DNA of 57,793 bases from a virus (Duplodnaviria; Caudoviricetes). Within the stretch, counting starts at the first letter, position 1. Each line of letters starts with the position of its first letter. The stretch lies in the IMG/VR virus record IMGVR_UViG_3300020043_007152, positions 1-57,793 of that record, one strand, 5' to 3'. Below are positions 12,001-16,467 of the stretch, piece by piece. Both the position numbers and the translations under genes were made by a program. The notes beneath the pieces were generated by a model. It did no database searches. It saw nothing but the letters and a program-made list of their open reading frames with translations, and was not told the DNA's origin.

Positions 12001-12731
12001 CCGTGGACGGAATGCGCGCCTGGAAGATGAGCGAAGCCGACGCAGGCGAAAAAGCACACCGTCTGTTCTCCTCGATGCTGGGACAGATGGAGCAAAAGAC
12101 CTTCATGCAGGGGCTCAGTAACGCAATGTCGCTCATGGACGACCTGCGAACGACCGACAAGAGCCGGTCAAAGATGTTCGGGCTGCGAGTGCTCTCCAGC
12201 TTTGTGCCAAACATCATCCGCGCCCCGATGCGCGACACCGACGACCTGATGCGCGAGAGTCGCACGGCGGACGCCAGCTACATGTTCTGGCCGTCCGAGA
12301 ACTCCGCGGAGGCAAAGGTATTGCCAGCGACCGGAAAGGAAGTGCGCAAAGAAGGGCCGGACGCCCTGCGGCTGCTGCTGCCAACAGGAATGGACCCCGG
12401 CAAGGCTCCGGCATGGGTGAAGGGGCTCGCTGCCTACAATGCGAACCGCGGCGGGAAGAAATTCGAGGATGGCGGCATGTGGGCTCCTGATATTCCAGGT
12501 GAGAAGCTGGAGAAGCACCCGCTCGCAAAGGGCCGGGATGTGGAACTCAGCGCGCAGGCATACAAGTTCCTGATCGCGCGGCGCGCCACGCTGGCCAACC
12601 GGGCGCTGACCGGCGAGAAAGGAACATCGCAGAAGTCCGTGGAGCGCATCAAGGCCGCCTTTGAGGAAGCCGGAAAGACCGCGCGCGAGGAACTGCGCCG
12701 CCGCCCGCTGGAGTGGGTCGAAAAGAAGTGA
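1..12731 (+). CDS. Giant polyvalent DarB-like virion/ejection protein (5'-truncated): zincin-like region, inorganic-pyrophosphatase-like domain, N6-adenine MTase, SNF2 helicase, possible ART-like module, C-terminal helical virion domain
   Basis: Frame is open from position 3, so GTG at 60 is probably not the real start. InPase-like motif PTEAQKKAGNYQKGH...HYGY...DGDHVD (~1506-1700); MTase EGGVGVG (~3129) and NPPF (3324); helicase DHVVGAGKT (~5211), DEAH (5706), PWRPSDLEQREGRIIRQGN; C-terminal SGPKTQIVN...FPFVKTPYN. Confidence 0.9.
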   Translation, partial: AEEESPAPPPSAEAPRAQSVPEYLNELERRTLADNPKMGKDDKATLKKALLVFGPFIHAFRDAFPGGIVITPNKIGSAGLMYTTEPTAALTVSLPDFTKHLKHAKDVRKWALSAVLEEVVHAIVDTKKLLKTSGAIMAQIAESAPATHKLIREAYPTANTPEGAAAQVHEFIRMVVQGRIKLTVDGVTLDGELTEDQYSETVMGLILRVLREFHAFVKNMVKSVGPKLAADIEAQAAIVEGHIQALLTGATGESAAKAPEGAPAETGSPASGAPAASPASEPLIVARESGTGPIAEWGVAFRSAHAHPDNPITAIQVVQARSAEEALDKVKRERLKPGETVVGVPVEIPKPAESVEAPQSDYTPYVQGKIAEFQEAMQGPVGEAFRKLVGILSGKKRYVRVAGSSTPGTVAAFGAEWPVTDEEASTVRELWEVVRDGLPGAAFGRNPENPFQIEVEDTAEEAKRAAESTKKFKDALKGGKPTTIDAPANEAATSPENDIPQPTEAQKKAGNYQKGHVRFGGMDISIENPAGSERTGVDASGKKWSVTMKSHYGYVRGTEGKDGDHVDIFIAEGTPLDYDGPVFVVNQVKANGHFDEHKAVTGVGITNDASAKNEYRSNYSKGWKGLPSDGGLKSEYADVVGFTNMAAFREWLAGADLTKAAEIESAAPGDQPEGGADAVLAKPGAGSSTPVVSDLQETDTIPQDVKPSLTPEEQAVKDILDGILGGQIKSQPVGERAFDTSIPDAAFLPMMQAARALYKSGVNAPDALAASLAKMGDAYTQFSAAIWSAIRATDTSLEPSPDWNAVYSALEKPSSITEPAADERQLEQRTPSIETGDTAPVGENPEPAGDEDSGRMGGDGQEADAGVGSGGSAGEKVAGSGRKGRGNRSGGASTRDKSPDGPGDTGGTRDSDAPDTGGIAASNYRITAADNLGAGSLRQKYADNVAAIKLVKTLQAEGRGATQDEKRVLVKYVGWGGIKGVFNPDNKEWGAAHRELKALLTEEEYAAASRSQLDAHYTSEEIITRGVWAAMQRFGFSGGKMYEGGVGVGHFIGLMPDAIRPASHYIGVEQDAISAAVAKYLYPEAKIWHMGFQDAAFSPGSADGIVGNPPFGQQSLYDPQFKHLSKFSIHNYFIAKQLELLRPGGVAAFVVSRYFLDALDSTAREHIAKSAEFLGAIRLPNTAFKGNANTEVVTDIVFFKKLPNGQSGATTWTKAAKQKDEATGAEFSLNRWINDSPQMVLGTPAMTGSRYRENEYTVEPFPGAGLGELLDEVVGKLPQGVYEHVDAATAERLTTPEIVEGAGTPRVGGYMVGKDGEIYRRLPDVDMEIRYESAGITADTSKKKMRGMIAIRDAMNRLIAAEIKDEPSEKLESLRKRLNSIYDVFVKEFGPLNKQGNRQAFSRDPEASRILGLEREFDAGVSKDAAKNKGIAPRTPSAKKADIFQKRTNVPYIEITHAETAKEALAVSLNQRGMVSLPYMQELTGMDEERILSDLEGIIFRLPEGGFEMRDLYLSGNVRAKLNAAKEAAEENPEFQKNVDALETAQPVPLLPEQISATIGAGWIPEDVYSDFVQSLVGERPGSIVYLKATGGWAFLLDSDSLAANHTWGVPKTASSNEEDGSPGKSFGALFSDLLNAKPPTVYITVDKKRLVHQSATAAAIEKTEAIKAKWQEWLFQDKERRDRLAKIYNEKVNNYADAKFDGSHLQFPGMSALVELRRHQSDVAWRIITQGSTLLDHVVGAGKTFAGIAAFAEMRRTGRVRKPLFAVPNHLVTQWRDDFIKLYPNANVLYAKPSDFAKDKRKVLFAKIMTGEYDAIIVGHSSLGKIAMDPAGQRELLSEMVEEIMDTIRALKEDASNGRAIATLERQRESLEQKMKKLADRQRGDDTVTFEELGIDALFVDEAHEFKNLFYTTQMQRVAGLGNPTGSGKAFDLYLKTRQLRKRFGAKAPVVFATGTPLSNSLVEMFTIQRYLQPEALQEMGATTLDAWAKLFGDVKQVYEVNPTGTGYRMATRFAEFQNVGDLSAVYKTVADVIAQPDLERQAQERGETFPIPKVAGGKPKVFAVKRSEAQENYFGVETQVTDAEGNGVFDSDGNPVTAYPQGSINWRVDNMPDDPSEDNMLKLTSDARKAGLDMRLINPNLPDEPNSKVNVAVKEMVREYRKWDADKGTQLVFCDLSVPSSARGKAKAKAASQESSDESPAEEIDDEQEDATEEISMDELLAESSTFSVYDDVRDKLIAAGIPANEITFIHDYDTPEKKAKLFADMNAGRVRILMGSTPKLGAGTNVQERLVALHHLDAPWRPSDLEQREGRIIRQGNLLYKRDPEGFEVFIGRYGTELTYDARMWQIIEHKAAGIEGFKRADRSTRTMQDIAGEAANAADMKAATSGNPLIREEIELRGKLEKLLQQQKAWQANQYTIDRDLAYYEGESKRVENHRKDVAARIAARDKYKGAEFEMVLSPPGGSKKRFDEKAGIVEVIAESVRHMKDTRNKSWPGIGEYRGFSLGLEIAADRLAITMAAPGVPRWTVSRYSKDDTLSDVGFVQRLDNALKGLDDDLVSQDYRIPAAEKKIKDLTEAKSAPFTKAAEIEETRKKHVEIRAALMESKKSAPVKRSGGSGGSQVTPGPLTPADPALLSDEVMRTLRRADITGSFLRLPEQLDPKLYKKVNAALESAGGRWDKTSKAHVFAGDPTEALGLKQGQRIYSRAIPAPAMRASITEQGQPLFSRDVVGDSTPPGATEEVILETLVDISRNLIGGEIGIRALHPDENPKIGDILPESYHWNDDVRTDDPIGGTAVFGGYGDLARAAVGYFGSGGRYAVVSGSGFAPSNMPERHAKALRDAEVIALVDARKSPTQITLSEALMSAGSFQSALPEGSEPNGPLGYEVANHKPSPPNRISKETLGQIWAAAGTQSQPAPGVNENSAGESFSLGKAAPVTPAQDAEYMAAVEAGDMETAQRMVDAAAKAAGYAFERGERDYAGYLEEGEGESGRGVYAYPTGQQTMRAYYTQAGETRVWVKPLGEVVDLTRAEEKAAVLAQAKKQGIVANASNYYRQPFAVMAHMMQAHPSAAGYTVPHIGPGIPSGKQTIFNADRVTHQSAAPVTRDETGNVIPLSERFNPAKDSILYSRDIVGEQEAAEAAINAELDNMVEAWQRGETARPGDPAYSGSAQSIQSDVVDQMHIDRHTPESIAEWDEEAQRIRERMGDAAARAMLFQKMQRGEFLTPAETRLALTLEHDSTKNLRTPEQIEAHRRFRMAWRISGREVARSLSSRMDPYMMPAERAKAFIMDEIMEPSPTAKAQASKKRQQANNTPNAAEKKELEKEANRIEDDSSKKRLAEVVAKLKEAGFTLQEFLNTRVVIAEKAPAFESMLRAMDDWKRMVMRKLQGGDIPFRTLAKQIGKAEKEVRGARDEFEKRFTAWAMGQLKPGMTADDLVALTEGVLKSQPAPEGPMSDADKQRIIAEAMMKMGLVPPDKQGKAKVKSKRTGKGEPMDPDTVAALILERWKSPNRRVPTAVGQAIKDYLKAKAGTEEAKTAFREKLEEMGVSEANAAELTEAAHQKLVDSLAGRREKVMVYVDMEDAESAIVAAKALSAARGDALDMLKEYWYASYLSGPKTQIVNLANYPTHLLLNMGLKRTVAAAMGSLFGARSAKTPMLGELGAMWRAMGPGILDGLRLAVKSWKTGVDFLAFDKLHDKLAPETAAEDYQKLVKDMGLEVPSPAIPGRLGGIIRSPMRAMQFMDVLGKTIVAHMEAAANAYRIAKTEQKGKTFASRAAKTADMEGRMTELLNTPGSPAWQTAIAESLEAGFQTPLQGRNSPTPKNAVDAMERAVAGVLGAVDAALNRKSGSAWANAVKLLAKMILFPFVKTPYNIARVGARMSPLGIAPFIMRTFEAGLMKMRGKKEFLDTFGKFFEHATEQAMAWTAFFLLAGMAEGDDDDDKKDWLLTGGPLPGRNDRAENMLRLAAVGGDYTFRVYGTDIPFSRYEPIATALGTTVDGMRAWKMSEADAGEKAHRLFSSMLGQMEQKTFMQGLSNAMSLMDDLRTTDKSRSKMFGLRVLSSFVPNIIRAPMRDTDDLMRESRTADASYMFWPSENSAEAKVLPATGKEVRKEGPDALRLLLPTGMDPGKAPAWVKGLAAYNANRGGKKFEDGGMWAPDIPGEKLEKHPLAKGRDVELSAQAYKFLIARRATLANRALTGEKGTSQKSVERIKAAFEEAGKTAREELRRRPLEWVEKK

Positions 12732-12768
12732 AATAATTGCTTGCAATGCAAAAATCCTCGCGCAGAGT
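12731..12768 (+). promoter_or_regulatory. Putative sigma70-like promoter, copy 1 of AATAAT(T)GCTTGCAATGCAAAAA
   Basis: TTGCAA-N16-CAGAGT; near-identical upstream motif at 23862. Confidence 0.5.
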
Positions 12769-12777
12769 GGCGGCGAA

Positions 12778-13002
12778 ATGAACGCCTCCTCTCTAGACGC
12801 CAACGAGCGCGAAGAAATCACCCGCGCCCTTCTCGCCAGCAAGGCTTGGTCTCACATCATCAAGCCGGAAGTGGACTGTGCCATACGCGAATGCGATAGA
12901 ATTTGCCTGGAGTCAGGGCAGACCATCGAAGAAATTCAGAAAGCCCGCAGCATCAAAGAGTCCATGAAATCTTTGCTGCGGCGTATAGAATATACCACAT
13001 AA
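12778..13002 (+). CDS. Hypothetical protein (74 aa)
   Basis: ATG 12778 just after the promoter motif, in frame with track ORF 12661..13002. Confidence 0.6.
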   Translation: MNASSLDANEREEITRALLASKAWSHIIKPEVDCAIRECDRICLESGQTIEEIQKARSIKESMKSLLRRIEYTT

Positions 13003-13045
13003 CCGGCGCGACTTCGCGCACGCTTTCCGGCACTGATCGGAAGCG

Positions 13046-13056
13046 GTTCTTTGACA
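13046..13056 (+). promoter_or_regulatory. boxA-like antitermination sequence
   Basis: GTTCTTTGACA resembles rrn boxA and sits immediately before the ncRNA cluster. Confidence 0.4.
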
Positions 13057-13062
13057 TAATTT

Positions 13063-13255
13063 GAGCGCGTGGCGGAATTAGACGCAGCATCTTGGGATGC
13101 CGCAGGTAATAAGCGAAAATACTACCCGAAAGGTATCGGAACATAAGCGAGCCGGGACACTGGCATAGGGGATGCCCAAAGCGAAAACCGAGAGAAATAG
13201 GATGGACGATAGCGAATAGCTGACATTGCAGGTGCAAGCCCTGCCGCGCTCACCA
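13063..13255 (+). ncRNA. tRNA-like RNA with ~140-nt insert replacing anticodon/variable arms
   Basis: Acceptor GAGCGCG/CGCGCTC + A + CCA; Leu-type D arm TGGCGGAATTAGACGC; T arm GCAGG-TGCAAGC-CCTGC. Confidence 0.7.
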
Positions 13256-13257
13256 AA

Positions 13258-13448
13258 TTTGAAGGAATGTTGGCTTAGAGGCAGCCATCATCTAAGGAGT
13301 AGCCCGTTGGGGAAACTGCTGTAAAAAGACTCGGCGAGCATCAGAAAGAGCCGGTCAAAGCGCGCTGGAGACAGTGGCGTTGTAGTAGGAATCCCGCCTG
13401 GTGCCTTGTCAATCTGCAAGGCTTTTGGCGTCGCAGCACACCTTCAAA
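13258..13448 (+). ncRNA. 23S rRNA H43-H44 (L11-binding, GTPase-associated centre)-like RNA with 127-nt insertion
   Basis: ATGTTGGCTTAGAGGCAGCCATCATCTAAGGAGT...GCGTCGCAGCACAC; closed by TTTGAAGG/CCTTCAAA; insertion closed by AGCC/GGCT. Confidence 0.75.
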
Positions 13449-13452
13449 ACAA

Positions 13453-13591
13453 TTTGCCTGCCGTGCCTGTGCTGGCCGAGCATCGGTCTAGAGCCGAAAG
13501 CGACAAGCTGCGAAGCGCGAGAAGCAACGAGTGGGAATACCAACCGGACCCGGCGGATGCAGAGCCCGGGTAAATCGCGGCGGCAGGCAAA
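13453..13591 (+). ncRNA. Unknown structured RNA
   Basis: 11-bp terminal stem TTTGCCTGCCG/CGGCAGGCAAA within the ncRNA cluster. Confidence 0.5.
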
Positions 13592-13622
13592 CAATCCCCA
13601 TAGTGAGGAGTAATACCTCATC

Positions 13623-13712
13623 GGGCCGTAGCTCAATTCAAGGCTAAGGATTCTAAATCCATACTGGAGCAACCCGAGGCAAACCGGGCAGCCGATACGG
13701 CGACTGCCTGGA
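13623..13712 (+). ncRNA. Degenerate tRNA-like fragment plus hairpins
   Basis: GGGCCGTAGCTCAATT tRNA-type 5' end; GGA-TTCTAAA-TCC stem-loop; no T arm or CCA found. Confidence 0.3.
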
Positions 13713-13764
13713 CAATTTCAAGACCGAAGCCAATCGAACGACCGGCAAAACCAATACAACACCC

Positions 13765-14010
13765 ATGACACCTACAAAAATTGACGACGGCGGGCCTGCG
13801 TTTCCGCTAGCCACATCATGCGGCAGTAATGAGTCTGTGAACGGCATGTCCCTCCGCGACTGGTTCGCCGGGCAGGCGTTGGCGGGGCTTCTGGCGCACC
13901 CTGAATGCACAAAGGTCGGACCCGGATATGAAATTACAACGTGCTGTCTTGCGGACGAGTCCTATGCGTGCGCCGACGCCATGCTCGCCGCACGAAAGGA
14001 GGTCGCATGA
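13765..14010 (+). CDS. Conserved phage hypothetical protein
   Basis: DDGGPAFP...GMSLRDWFAGQAL...ADAMLAAR motif common in phages. Confidence 0.85.
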   Translation: MTPTKIDDGGPAFPLATSCGSNESVNGMSLRDWFAGQALAGLLAHPECTKVGPGYEITTCCLADESYACADAMLAARKEVA

Positions 14011-14381
14011 CACCAGAGCAGCAACGAATCGCCATCGCGCAGGCGTGTGGGTGGATAAACATCGGCTGGCATCCTCGAAATTATTTCAACGAAGCTACCG
14101 ACCGTGCGCTTGGTAACACACGGGACTGGTGGCGACATCCAGATAAGCGTGAAGTTTGCATGGAAGCCGATCTTCCAGACTACCTTAACGACCTGAACGC
14201 CTGTCACGAAATGGAGAAGGCGATGGACCGCGAACAAGCCGCCGCTTACCATGATTTTCTAAGAGAGTCCACCCCGTCCTGCGCCACAATGAAATGCTGG
14301 GCCGACCGGTGGACTTATCACGCCAACGCCGCCCAACGATGCGAAGCCTTCCTTCGCACAAAGGGCATTTTGAAAGACTGA
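14007..14381 (+). CDS. Phage hypothetical protein (paralog of 14741..15196)
   Basis: EQQRIAIA...LPDYLNDLNACHEME...AAQRCEAFLR; ATGA overlap. Confidence 0.8.
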   Translation: MTPEQQRIAIAQACGWINIGWHPRNYFNEATDRALGNTRDWWRHPDKREVCMEADLPDYLNDLNACHEMEKAMDREQAAAYHDFLRESTPSCATMKCWADRWTYHANAAQRCEAFLRTKGILKD

Positions 14382-14384
14382 CTT

Positions 14385-14744
14385 ATGGACAAAATTGAAC
14401 ACCTACAACGCATCCGCGCTAAGTGCGTGGAGCTTTTGGAAATCGCCGGCAAGCGGACGCCGGGGAAGTGGAAAGCTGGAGGTAAATACGATCGGGATTA
14501 CGTTTCGGCTGGCGTTTGGGATGACGAAGTTTTTTGCACTGGACACCGATACAACGCCGCCTTCATCGCCGCCTGCGCCGGACGGGCCGAAGCCGGATGG
14601 CGCAACACGATTGATGAAATTGACGAATTAATGCCGCACGTTATAGCTTCCGAGAGCAAGGCAATTCCACCGACCGTGATGCAAGCCCACGCAAACCGCC
14701 GTTCCGAAAAAATCAAAGCCGCATGGCCGGAGGAACTGCTATGA
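14385..14744 (+). CDS. Ead/Ea22-like phage protein
   Basis: RTPGKW...NAAFIAAC motif. Confidence 0.6.
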   Translation: MDKIEHLQRIRAKCVELLEIAGKRTPGKWKAGGKYDRDYVSAGVWDDEVFCTGHRYNAAFIAACAGRAEAGWRNTIDEIDELMPHVIASESKAIPPTVMQAHANRRSEKIKAAWPEELL

Positions 14745-15196
14745 CACTGGAAGCCCAACGAATCGCCATCGCTAAACTTCTTGGCGCTCAGATAATTAAA
14801 AAGCAGTTCCCGAGCGGATGGGACGGAAGGGTGGTAATCGGGAAGAAGTGGGCATGGCATGGTGATGAGGCAAAGCCATGCGCGTATCCCGGCGGCGGCC
14901 TTCATGGATTCGGCTGGAATGATGAGGCATACCCAAGTGAATTACCGAACTACCCGGAATCGCTCGACGCCTGCGCCGAGTTTGAGGCGGGGCTATCGGA
15001 TGAGGAATACATCCATTTCTGCGTGCATCTGAACGAAATCTGGAGCCGCGACAAAGTTACGGACATGCCAAAAATTACGATCAGCCGCGCGGCATCGGCT
15101 ACCGCCCCCCAGCGGTGCGAAGCCTTCCTGAGACTGAAAGGCAAGTGGCCGCAAACAACTGTCCCCGAAACCAAAACAGAAACACAAGAACCATGA
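14741..15196 (+). CDS. Phage hypothetical protein (paralog of 14007..14381)
   Basis: EAQRIAIA...LPNYPESLDACAEFE...APQRCEAFLR. Confidence 0.8.
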   Translation: MTLEAQRIAIAKLLGAQIIKKQFPSGWDGRVVIGKKWAWHGDEAKPCAYPGGGLHGFGWNDEAYPSELPNYPESLDACAEFEAGLSDEEYIHFCVHLNEIWSRDKVTDMPKITISRAASATAPQRCEAFLRLKGKWPQTTVPETKTETQEP

Positions 15197-15501
15197 AAGA
15201 CGACATCATCCGATTCCTCGAAGGAATCCGCAACGAACTAGACACCAGAACTGGCGTCCCTCATTTGCCTGGAATCATCCAGCGCATTGACCGGATGATT
15301 ACTGAGTTGAGCGCGCTGCCGGCCAATGAAGAGAACGCGACAGACCCCGAGCCGGAATTGCTGCCGGTTACACCCGTTGCAGACGATACTCCCGAGACGC
15401 CTGGAGCGGAATCCGTAACGGAACCCGTCGGGCAAGACCACGCCGCTACCGGAACGATTGCAGTTCCCATTGCGCCATCGCTTCCCAACGAAGAAGCCTA
15501 A
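15193..15501 (+). CDS. Hypothetical protein
   Basis: ATGA overlap with previous gene, followed by terminator. Confidence 0.7.
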   Translation: MKDDIIRFLEGIRNELDTRTGVPHLPGIIQRIDRMITELSALPANEENATDPEPELLPVTPVADDTPETPGAESVTEPVGQDHAATGTIAVPIAPSLPNEEA

Positions 15502-15525
15502 GCCTTCCAGAATATCATCCTTGCG

Positions 15526-15561
15526 AAAAGCCCGGCGCGGATACTCTGTGCCGGGCTTTTT
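15526..15561 (+). terminator. Rho-independent terminator (possibly bidirectional)
   Basis: AAAAGCCCGGCGCGGA-TAC-TCTGTGCCGGGCTTTTT. Confidence 0.8.
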
Positions 15562-15594
15562 GTGCCTACGTGTAACCATTGACCACCTACACCC

Positions 15595-16467
15595 ATGTTT
15601 ATCCTAAGCCGCGACCCGGCTCGCTCTCTGGCCGTTGAACTGTGCCAGCGCTTCTTTACTCCCTGGCAGATGGCGGACGAAATTCCGTCTCCCAATTCGC
15701 AAATAGCAATCTCCAGTCTCGGCATATTGACGCCTGCGGAGTTGCTGCACTGCCTACAGCACAACATCCGGGTGAACACCCCGCGGATTGACACACAGTT
15801 CAGCAGCGGAATGGGGCAGCACAACTGGCCTCTCCTACTGGAGCTTATTCCTGTGCTGGAGCAGGCCGCTGGTGTAGCGAGCGCGCCGGACAGCGTACAG
15901 ACGACAGCAAGGCAGGAACGCGATCCAACAACGGAGGACGCCATGAAGCTGATGCAAGCCACGGAGGCGATGCGTTCACTCAAGGCCGCACATCCAGAGT
16001 CCCGCGAGATCGAACTGGCGCTGGCGCTACTTGAGGGGCGAGACCCCGACTTGCCCGGCGACAGGACCGAACAGCCTCCTGCGGCAGCGCCTGCCGGTGC
16101 GGTGCGCATCAGGTTTGAAAGCGGGAAGTATGCCGACCCGGACGGGCTGCCGGTGGAGAAGGAGGATGCCGCTGTGTTTGCGAATGCAGAGAGCGCGGAG
16201 ACGTGGCTGGGGCTGGCGATTAACCGGAAGCTGCACGACCCTACCTTTCCGAGGGAAGCGCTACCGCCAGGAGAGGCGGACTGTGAACCGGTGGAAGAGG
16301 AAACGCCGGAGCGGAAAGAGCTGGAAAGAGAAATGACCCCTGAAGAGCTTCACCTTGCGCGGCTCAAAGCTGAATTGGACGCCATGCCGGATTTGCCGCA
16401 GCCTGCGCCGGATGCGCCAAAGAAGCGCGGACGTAAGCGCAAAGCGGCAGCGGAAGCCACAGAATGA
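15595..16467 (+). CDS. Hypothetical protein upstream of terminase
   Basis: 290-aa ORF, ATGA-coupled to TerL. Confidence 0.7.
   Translation: MFILSRDPARSLAVELCQRFFTPWQMADEIPSPNSQIAISSLGILTPAELLHCLQHNIRVNTPRIDTQFSSGMGQHNWPLLLELIPVLEQAAGVASAPDSVQTTARQERDPTTEDAMKLMQATEAMRSLKAAHPESREIELALALLEGRDPDLPGDRTEQPPAAAPAGAVRIRFESGKYADPDGLPVEKEDAAVFANAESAETWLGLAINRKLHDPTFPREALPPGEADCEPVEEETPERKELEREMTPEELHLARLKAELDAMPDLPQPAPDAPKKRGRKRKAAAEATE

Noticed and set aside
13063-13255. tmRNA
   Set aside because: No Ala acceptor identity, a D stem is present, it is too short and there is no evident tag ORF
13258-13448. True rRNA gene or contamination
   Set aside because: Only ~50 nt resemble 23S, split by an insertion and closed by a non-rRNA stem
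13460-13580. 16S 530-loop mimic (CCGTGCC...GGTAA)
   Set aside because: Match too short to distinguish from chance
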